Positions 16,336 through 24,297 of a DNA stretch of 32,000 bases are shown here, one piece after another. Both the position numbers and the translations under genes were made by a program. The notes under the pieces are model-generated. The model made no database searches. It had not been told where the DNA came from and saw nothing but the letters and a program-made list of their open reading frames with translations. Position 1 is the first letter of the stretch, and every line of letters starts with the position of its first letter. This stretch comes from Wolbachia endosymbiont of Armadillidium arcangelii (GTDB lineage: Bacteria; Pseudomonadota; Alphaproteobacteria; Rickettsiales; Anaplasmataceae). The stretch covers positions 575,001 through 607,000 of the forward strand of contig NZ_CP157942.1 of assembly GCF_040207875.1 (NCBI RefSeq), given 5' to 3'.

Positions 16336-16848
16336 TCATAAACAATTCTTGCGTTCTACTCCCCAGCGGTACTTATGAATTTTTCCAGATTTACGAATAA
16401 CACGATGGCATGGTATTAAGTAGGAAATTGGATTATTAGCAATTGCATTTGCAGCAGCACGTATGGCCTTTGGCTTACCAATTATATGAGCAATATTGGC
16501 ATAGCTTGTTGTCGTACCTGTGGGAATTGAAATCAATGCTTGCCAGACTTTAATTTGAAAGTCTGTTCCCCTAACAAGCAAAGAAAATGATCTCTCAGGT
16601 ATTTGTGTGTCAAAAATATTGCGTACAATTTTTGCCGTTGTTAGCCTATCTTCTTTCAGGCAGGCTTGTGGCCACTCTTTTTCAAGTATCTTAATAGCTG
16701 AAGTTTCAAAATCACAAAAAGAAAGGTGACAGATGCTTTGTGTTGTAACTCCAATAAGTGCTTTTCCAAAAATAGTAGAGTGGTAACCATATAAAATATC
16801 GATAGATTCTTTATTTTCTCCAGGTGTTATAACCTGATATTTAGCCAT
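16336..16848 (-). CDS. ogt: Methylated-DNA-[protein]-cysteine S-methyltransferase
   Basis: 170-aa ORF with FQIKVWQALISIPTGTTTSYANIA, AIRAAANAIANNPISYLIPCHRVIRKSG (PCHRV active site) and YRWGVERK. Confidence 0.9.
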   Translation of the reverse strand: MAKYQVITPGENKESIDILYGYHSTIFGKALIGVTTQSICHLSFCDFETSAIKILEKEWPQACLKEDRLTTAKIVRNIFDTQIPERSFSLLVRGTDFQIKVWQALISIPTGTTTSYANIAHIIGKPKAIRAAANAIANNPISYLIPCHRVIRKSGKIHKYRWGVERKNCL

Positions 16849-16949
16849 ACTTAAGAAATCAGTACTGATATAGTTTAAATTGATTTATATTAAAATTAAA
16901 GAGTTCAAATGCTACGCATGACCAATCCATCCCAAAACGAAAGATTCTC

Positions 16950-17412
16950 GTGCGATCCGAAAGTCGTAATGGTTGAATTCCATCGTGTGTCCAGAGAAGG
17001 TGAATATGTTCAGTAGGAGTTAAACCTACCAGGACAAAAGTCGGAATCCTGTAACTAGGGTAGCAGTATTGCGGGAAACCAAGATGCTGAAGCCTACCGA
17101 CAACATTGTTGTAAGAATAATGATGAATTACCAGGCTGTAGCGAAAGCGAACACATAGGTGACCTCCGAAAGTAACGTTAACCCAAAGGCCGAACCATCG
17201 GTGGAATGGTGAAGGCAACATAGACAGTTGAAACCCGAATGATACAACTGATCTACTTTGGCGGGGCGGTAGTGATAGCATGGTGATAAGGACATATTAA
17301 ACAACTGGAGAAGCCCTCCTCATCCCAGGGAGAAATACCTTGGAGCGGTAGGTTCTATAACTGAACAGAGGAAATGAACCGAAGATGAAAGGGTGGCGGA
17401 CGGGGTGTGCCG
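16950..17412 (+). mobile_element. 5' remnant of a group II intron; reverse transcriptase ORF absent
   Basis: Starts with the GTGCG-type 5' boundary (GTGCGATCCGAAAGTCGTAATGG). Intron-like domain I sequence follows (AAGCGAACACATAGGTGACCTCCGAAAGTAACGTTAACCC, GCCGAACCATCGGTGGAATGGTGAAGGCAACATAGACAG). It ends exactly where the IS4-like element begins. Confidence 0.7.
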
Positions 17413-18588
17413 CATAAGTGTTGAAAGTGTCATAAGAAGAAGATAAAAGAGCTATTATTAAAGAAAAATGGAGGCAACAATGGATCAAATAGAAAGAATA
17501 CTAAACTTAATAAAAGACGAGGATTTGGAAAGACTAGGAAAATCAACAGAGGTAGATAAATGTAATACTAAGTTAGTTGGTAAATAATATTTAAAGACTT
17601 AATATTAATGGGTCAGAAAACAAGCTTAAGAGCACTAGAAATGGTAATAAATAGGTGTGTGATAGATAAAAATGATGATAAAAGTACAGTTACATACAGT
17701 GGCTTATCGAAAAGGTTAAAAGTTCTGATTATTTTAAAGGTGTATATATCGATTTAATAAGCAAAGTGGAAAAATTATTGCCCAGAAAAACGTCACATAA
17801 CTTACATAGATTCGATTCAACAATTATAAATTTATCAGGGTACCTTATAAAAGATGGGTTAAAAATAGGTGATGACAGTCAAGTCAAAGTAAGCGTTGGA
17901 TTAAAAGGCCAATTACCGACGAGTTTTGTCAAGAGCAAGAAGAAAGTAGCTAGCGCTGGTTAGAGCAATTAATGAAGCTAAAGTTAAAAAAGAGGATATT
18001 TTATTGTTTGATAGAGGGATTGCAAAAGTTGCAACTTTCACTGAGTTTGACAAAAAGGAGTACAAATTTATCACAAGAACATACTTAAAAAGAAGGTACT
18101 GCGTTATAAGAGAGAATGAAATTACGCAAAAACAACAACCAGATGGATCGGAAATTTTGGAAGATAATATAGTGAATCTTTACAGCGGAAGCAGAGCAAT
18201 AGCAAGTACGACTAATAAAAATTAAAAATAGAACAGAAATGGTTTTTGACCAACTTATTTGAAATACCGGCTTATGAAGTAACACAAATATACAGACGCA
18301 GGTGGGATATAGAAGTATTTTTCAAATTTAAAACCTCGGATATAAGCATTTTTTAAGCCATGACATGAATGGAATGAAAGTGTATATTTATATGATTATT
18401 ATTACAGCTTTATTATTTCTTGTTTATAAAATAAGAAACAACTTAGACGGATTTAAGATAGCACTATTACAGTTTACATTAGATCTTAATGACTCTTTTT
18501 TACGTTCAATTGTTTTACTATCAGGAGGTAACTCACATGCCGTTGATCACCTTATATCACGCCATTTTTGATACTTTCAACACTTATG
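17413..18588 (+). mobile_element. Degraded IS4-like insertion sequence with terminal inverted repeats
   Basis: Left end CATAAGTGTTGAAAGTGTC (17413-17431) matches the reverse complement of the right end (18570-18588, CATAAGTGTTGAAAGTATC) at 18/19 positions. The element is about 1176 bp and encloses a broken DDE transposase. Confidence 0.85.
17477..18571 (+). pseudogene. IS4-family-like transposase, broken by several frameshifts/stops
   Basis: Successive frames read MDQIERILNLIKDEDLERLGKSTE, LRALEMVINRCVIDKNDDKSTVTYSGLSKRLK, DSTIINLSGYLIKDG, LLFDRGIAKVATFTEF, AYEVTQIYRRRWDIEVFFKF and YKHFLSHDMNGMKVYIYMIIITALLFLVYKI. These are the DDE transposase parts in order. Confidence 0.8.
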
Positions 18589-18737
18589 GTCTTTGTTGCC
18601 AAAATACATTTTTCAATTGAATAAAAATACAAAATTATGAACAAGAGTTGTAATGAGACTAAATTCAAAAAATTTTAAAAAACATAGTTGATGGATGAGA
18701 ATCTTTTTGTTTTTTTCTGTACCAAAGATTTTTTTGA

Positions 18738-20041
18738 ATGTTAGGTCTACTACATCTAGCTTTTCGTATGGAAAATAGAAGTTTTGTAGAGATTTTATTT
18801 AGGCATACTGGTTTGAATGTGAATATTAAAAATAATCACCATATAGATCGTCAAGGTAATTTCTTTCATACTCCTGAAGAATATATTAGAAAAATTGGAC
18901 AAGTACAGAATAAAAACTTTTCACATCTTACGATAGAAATACAGAAAGCACAAAAAGGGAAAGATTTATTGAATGCTCTTTCTAGTGAAAATTTCTATGA
19001 AGCAAAACAAGATCTCAACCCTAATTGCTGGGAAAGTGATTTTAATGGAGAAATAGAAACGCCTCTTACTAGTGGAGATTTTCATGAAGCAAAAGTACTA
19101 TTAAATCAAGATCTCAATCCTAATTGTTGGAAAAGAAATTCAAATGGAGAAATAGAAACGCCGCTTAGCTTGATTATTCGATCATGTTTACAAGGAATAA
19201 CAGAGGAAAATAAAAAAGAAGTACTGACTAAATTTTTAAAACATAAAGACCTAGATTTTAGTCAAACAAAACCAATACCAGCTATAGAGCAAAATTCAAG
19301 ATTGAAGCAAATCATTGAACAAGCTATGAAAGAGCGATTAACTGATGCTATTAATAGAAAAGATTTGGATGATGTAAAAAAATTAGTAGAAGATAACTGC
19401 TTCATGAATAGTGAAATTGTCACTGCTCTGTTGAGGAATCTTAATAATCCAATCGAGTCTATTAAAAATTATCTCAATGAGAAATTTCCTGCAAATATGG
19501 AACAGCCTTCAGCCAATGCACATAATGTTGCCCCGGAAATAAACGATGAGTTTATTGCTCAAGAATTGCAGCGACTTGAAAATCTGGAAGGTGAACTTGA
19601 AAGAACAAAGGCTCAATTATAGAAAAAGAGCAAGAGCTGAATAGGGCCGTAAATGAAAGAACAATAGACACTAACAAAATTTTACAATTAGAAATGAATT
19701 TTAGGCAAGAGAGATTAGAACTTCAAGCTCAAAATCAAGACTTAAAGAACAAAAACAAAAAACTTTCAGAAGCAAATATTTACAATAGAAGGCAAAGTAA
19801 CTATGCTTCTTCCTCTTTTGTGTTATCTGGAGTATTTGCTGTTGGTGCATGTTTAACAATATCGAATTTAGAAATATGTATTTCACTTGCTGTAGCTGCA
19901 TTTGTTTTCCTTACAATTGGGTGCTACTGTTCATATATAGCTCTTTTCACAATAATCCGAACAGATCATAATAACACACTGCTGGCCTCCTGGCTTACAA
20001 TAGCTATAAAGACGTTTTTACCCACGTTCGGACTATTATAA
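18738..20041 (+). pseudogene. Ankyrin-like/coiled-coil protein with C-terminal membrane domain, disrupted by a frameshift
   Basis: ORF 18738-19622 ends ELERTKAQL*. The neighbouring frame continues directly as IEKEQELNRAVNERTIDTNKILQLEMNFRQERLELQAQNQDL... followed by hydrophobic segments (ORF 19694-20041). Confidence 0.7.
18981..19165 (+). repeat. Imperfect tandem duplication inside the disrupted ankyrin-like gene
   Basis: SSENFYEAK---QDLNPNCWESDFNGEIETPL is followed immediately by TSGDFHEAKVLLNQDLNPNCWKRNSNGEIETPL. The first copy lacks 12 nt. Confidence 0.75.
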
Positions 20042-20263
20042 GAAGGGCTATAAAGTAAGTAAGTGCAGTACTGAGTGATGTGACAAGCACTCAGTTTGAT
20101 AATGCTATCGGTTTAGGATGAAGTTAAGGTTTTTACTTCTTCTCTAAACTCTACTGAAAGTTTTATACATACTGAAAGTATCTTGATAATTTAGATGAGT
20201 GTAAACCTGAGTGGTTTCAAGACTTAAATAGTTGTTGTAAACTTGCTTTTATTATCTTTTAGT

Positions 20264-21685
20264 TCAAGAAATTAAAAATTTAACGATTAGAATTATAATT
20301 ACAGACCAAAGTAAGAAGTAGGCTTTTCCATTTGATCTACTTTTAACTTGTAATTTTTTATCGGCTATTAGGTTTAATTTTTCTACAAGGCTAAGTATTC
20401 CTTGGATTGCTTTTATGGGATAAGAGCTTTTAATTTTTTCCTTATACCCTATTTTACTTTCATGTTGACTGCTTATCCACGTTTCAACTACTTTCCACAT
20501 ATTGATTTCTGGATAGACCTTTCTACATGTCCCCTCCAGTAAAATCATAGTTTTCTGTAGCAATAATAATTGTGTTTGAACTTTCATATCAAAATCACCA
20601 GTTATTTTTAATAGCTGAGTAAGTAAGCGAGCAAATGAAATCTTCTGTATAGGCTGTCCAATAATGGGTTCACCTATTGCTCTGCAAGCTGTGACAAAAT
20701 TTCTATGCTGTGATGGAACATAACCAGCTCTAAAGTGCATTTTTGCAACGTGATCGTAATCCCGATTTAAAAAGCCTTTGAGTATCTCTATAACGTAATA
20801 GCATGTCTCACGATCTATTCTACCCATGATTCCACAATCCAGGGCAATAATATTGTTATTACTATCAACCATTAGATTTCCAGGATGCATATCAGCATGA
20901 AAAAAACAATCCCTATATACCTGATTACAAAATGATTCTATAAGATTGATAGCTATTTGCTTACGATTATTCAGCTTTTCAACTTCGTATATTGGTGTAG
21001 CTTCCATCCATTCTAATGTTAAAACCTTTTTTGAAGTTCTGCTCCAATCTACTTCAGGTACATAGAAACCTCTGTCATGTTTAGTATTTTCCTTCAGTTC
21101 CGAAGAGTGAGCAGCTTCAAAACGTAGATCTAACTCTAATCGGCAAATTTCAGCAAAAGTTTTGACTAATTCAATTGGCCTCAGCCTTTTTGATTGTTCA
21201 CTAAATTTTTCTGCAATGTCCGCAAGCCAAGAAAGCATCTTTATGTCCCTTGAGAATGTTTTCTCAATATTTGGCCTTAAAACCTTTACAGCAACTTCCT
21301 TACCCTCAGTTGTAACTGCTCTATGCACCTGAGAAATTGATGCTGCTGCAATTGGCTTTTCAGAAAAACTTGAAAAAATGTCACTTAATTTACAATTAAA
21401 CTCACTTTCTATAGTTTTAACTGCTATTTTATGTGAAAACGATGGCAATCTATCACATATCAATAACAAGTTATTTGTTATATCCTCATTTAAAACATCA
21501 GTACGTGATGAAATGGATTGCCCAAACTTAATGAACACCGGACCTAATCTTTCAAGAGCACGCTTTAGTTTATGACCTTGTATTTTATTTATTGATTTTT
21601 TTGATGGTGGAAGTAAATAAGGTAACACATTATAACGTGTCAGCACTGTAGTTATGTGCAGAAGACGTAAAATATTTTGAATCAT
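20264..21685 (-). CDS. ubiB: Ubiquinone biosynthesis ABC1/UbiB-family atypical kinase
   Basis: 473-aa ORF with LGPVFIKFGQSISSRTDVL, PIAAASISQVHRAVTTEGKEVAVKVLRPNI, FFHADMHPGNLMVDSNNNIIALDCGIMGRID and hydrophobic C-terminus. Confidence 0.92.
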   Translation of the reverse strand: MIQNILRLLHITTVLTRYNVLPYLLPPSKKSINKIQGHKLKRALERLGPVFIKFGQSISSRTDVLNEDITNNLLLICDRLPSFSHKIAVKTIESEFNCKLSDIFSSFSEKPIAAASISQVHRAVTTEGKEVAVKVLRPNIEKTFSRDIKMLSWLADIAEKFSEQSKRLRPIELVKTFAEICRLELDLRFEAAHSSELKENTKHDRGFYVPEVDWSRTSKKVLTLEWMEATPIYEVEKLNNRKQIAINLIESFCNQVYRDCFFHADMHPGNLMVDSNNNIIALDCGIMGRIDRETCYYVIEILKGFLNRDYDHVAKMHFRAGYVPSQHRNFVTACRAIGEPIIGQPIQKISFARLLTQLLKITGDFDMKVQTQLLLLQKTMILLEGTCRKVYPEINMWKVVETWISSQHESKIGYKEKIKSSYPIKAIQGILSLVEKLNLIADKKLQVKSRSNGKAYFLLWSVIIILIVKFLIS

Positions 21686-22413
21686 TTCGCTGCGTAACTG
21701 CTAAATATTTCATTTAGCTCCATAATTTCATTAGATTTACCTTGGTAATAGATAGTGTTGTTTATGCAAATTATGTAATCTGAGCATGGTATAACAGAGT
21801 TAAGGTCATGAGAAGTCATAAGAATCGATACTAACCTTTCCTTTGCTATTTTATTTATAATATCATAAAATTTAGCCCGTGCGTTAATATCCATTGCACT
21901 AACTGGTTCGTCCAAAATGATCAAATCAGATTCTGAAATTAAACAACGTGCAAGTAGTAGTAGTTGTGTTTGTCCTGCAGAAATTTCTAATACTTGGTTC
22001 TTCAAAATGTTACCGATGCCAACCAATTCTATCGCTTCTGTAACAATGGATTGATTTTTCTTGAATCTCTTCGAGGAGCTATTGAAAAGGAAAGACTCGA
22101 CTGTTATTGGCATCAAATTACCAATACTAAAATTTTGTGGCATATAGCTAATTTTTATATTGTCAGCGAATACAATACTGCCAATAAAACCTTTATTTAT
22201 ACCAGCAACTGCTTTCACTAAAGAGGTTTTTCCTCCACCATTTGGACCAAGTATTGTAACTATATCCCCTCTTTCTACTGATATATTGATATTATCAAGA
22301 ACTTTTTTATTACCATATGCAAGAGTAAGGTTTTCTATTTTTAGAATGCAGTTATTGACATTACTTAACTTTTTGGCAAAAATTGACTTCCTCTCAACAT
22401 CTATATGAGACAT
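21682..22413 (-). CDS. znuC: Zinc/metal ABC transporter ATP-binding protein
   Basis: 243-aa ORF with Walker A GPNGGGKTS, a Q-loop region, signature region LEISAGQTQLLLLARCL, Walker B LIILDEPVSAMD and H-loop SILMTSHDL. Confidence 0.88.
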   Translation of the reverse strand: MSHIDVERKSIFAKKLSNVNNCILKIENLTLAYGNKKVLDNINISVERGDIVTILGPNGGGKTSLVKAVAGINKGFIGSIVFADNIKISYMPQNFSIGNLMPITVESFLFNSSSKRFKKNQSIVTEAIELVGIGNILKNQVLEISAGQTQLLLLARCLISESDLIILDEPVSAMDINARAKFYDIINKIAKERLVSILMTSHDLNSVIPCSDYIICINNTIYYQGKSNEIMELNEIFSSYAAK

Positions 22414-23280
22414 TTACTGATTTTCTTTTTCTTACTTTCATTTACACTATACTACAATAGTGCCTTTTCATCCAATTTAAAAATTGTAGCTACAATCAAA
22501 CCTATACACTCACTTGTAGCTTCTGTTACAGATGGGATTTCAAAGCCAGAATTACTAATGTACGAAGTAGTGTCTGAACATAACTACATGCTCAGGCCTT
22601 CAGATGCAAGTAAATTAGAATCTAGCAATATTATATTTTATATTGATGATTCATTGGAAACATTCATTAAAACTTTCGCTAAAGAAAATAAGAAGTTAAT
22701 ACCGCTATCAAGTACAATCGATCTACTTCCTGCTCGAACGCATTCATTTTCTAGTCACACTCAAGATGAAAAAGATTTACATATTTGGCTGAGTCCTGAA
22801 AATGCAAAAAGTATGATACTTTCTATCAGTGCGACGTTGTCTAATATAGATAAAGAAAATGCCTATCAATACAATACCAATGCAATGAAGGCTATAAGAA
22901 AAATAGACCAAAAGGTAAAAGAAATCATGAAAGAATTAAATGAGTTCAAAAATCAAAAATACATAGTTACTCATGATGCTTATCAATATTTTGAAAAATA
23001 TTTTGGTTTAAGTTACCCAAGTGCCATTCTTTCTATAGAAGAGGATTCTTACATAGGTATGAAGAGTTTAATGAAACTAAAAAAAGTAATGAAAGAGGAA
23101 AATGTTAAATGCATTTTTTCTCATTCACGAGAGGATGGCATAAAACCTAATACCTTTTCTAATGACGTAAAAATGGTAGTTCTTGACCCTATTGGATCAG
23201 ACATAGAATTTGGAAAAGATGCATACCTAGCTATAATCGATAGCATTGCACAAAATTTTAAGTCTTGTTTTATTGAATAA
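22405..23280 (+). CDS. znuA: Zinc/metal ABC transporter periplasmic binding protein
   Basis: 291-aa ORF with signal peptide MRHLLIFFFLLSFTLYYNSAFS, then LKIVATIKPIHSLVASV, SEHNYMLRPSDASKLESSNIIFYI, DLHIWLSPENAK and YIVTHDAYQYFEKYFGL. Confidence 0.88.
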   Translation: MRHLLIFFFLLSFTLYYNSAFSSNLKIVATIKPIHSLVASVTDGISKPELLMYEVVSEHNYMLRPSDASKLESSNIIFYIDDSLETFIKTFAKENKKLIPLSSTIDLLPARTHSFSSHTQDEKDLHIWLSPENAKSMILSISATLSNIDKENAYQYNTNAMKAIRKIDQKVKEIMKELNEFKNQKYIVTHDAYQYFEKYFGLSYPSAILSIEEDSYIGMKSLMKLKKVMKEENVKCIFSHSREDGIKPNTFSNDVKMVVLDPIGSDIEFGKDAYLAIIDSIAQNFKSCFIE

Positions 23281-23670
23281 AAAGTTCCTTGTATCTTATG
23301 GCAAATATTGAAACCTGTGCTTTCTATCCCGGTGCTTGACACTGATGTCCAGCCAAATTGATAAATATGAAAGTAGCTCTGCTTAAGGATTGAAATAATT
23401 AGCGAGAAAAAAGCTTAATAGGACTCATTATAAACAAACATTTAACTGAAAAATTCCAATCAAAATGAAGGTTAGTAAACAATTAGCTACACCCCTTAAA
23501 GATATAGCCTTACACTTAAGCATATAAAAACATCTATTGTGATTAAAAATACACTAAATCTTGGTTTGCGTATATTTTACTGTTTTCTACATTATAGAGA
23601 CAATAAATTTGTGCAATCATGGAGAGTATTTGCACAATCTTCTAATTTCTCGGGAGTGTAAAATAAACCA

Positions 23671-23879
23671 TAGGTGTCAAGTTAAGGAAAAGTGGTATAA
23701 GAAAGAAGAGAAGCGGTAAAAATTATTTTAGATATTAAACGATAAAATTAGTAATTTATAGACTCTTTTAAAAAAATTACCTTATTTTAGATCAAGATTT
23801 CTTAAAAAATAAATATAATAAATAAACCTTAAATGGTTGCTATATTGGGTGTATTCTCTTAACTTGACGCGTATGGTAA
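23671..23879. repeat. Putative MITE-like non-coding element bounded by ~25-bp imperfect inverted repeats
   Basis: Left CCATAGGTGTCAAGTTAAGGAAAAG. The right end TATTCTCTTAACTTGACGCGTATGG reads CCATACGCGTCAAGTTAAGAGAATA in reverse complement. Both share CCATA and GTCAAGTTAAG, and no long ORF lies between. Confidence 0.55.
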
Positions 23880-24297
23880 AATAAACTGTGTCAAACCGAA
23901 AAGTAAAATATTAGAATTAATATAAAAGGGCTAGTATACCTTGATGGATACGGTTGTAATACCAATTTTCCTTCGGTCGCACACGCCCGTAATAGCCCTA
24001 TTCCTATAGTGAGTAGGGTTATCTTTCCCTCTTATTTCTTTATATATCACATTTTCAACTTACAATTTTTCCACGGTTGGCTCATTTTTGTCAGTCTACA
24101 TTCAATAATATTTTCCTCACAAACTCTACAAATATATACTTAAAAGCATACACCTTTCGTTACACAACCCTACAGCATTGCTTATCTAGTTACGGGATGA
24201 GAATTACGTATGAATAAAAGTTAATATAGTAATAAAAATATTGACGTATTAATAATATTATTATATTCTTAATATAATTAAATAATTAAGAAAAGTT

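Noticed and set aside
16859-17488. Minus-strand ORFs 16859-17281 (140 aa) and 17297-17488 (63 aa)
   Set aside because: They are antisense to structured group II intron RNA and the IS left end. The translations are low-quality and have no protein family features.
18365-18571. Separate 68-aa hypothetical membrane protein (MNGMKVYIYMIIITALLFLVYK...)
   Set aside because: An upstream frame-adjusted reading (YKHFLSHDMNGMKVYIYM...) and its position inside the inverted repeats show it is the C-terminus of the broken IS4-like transposase.
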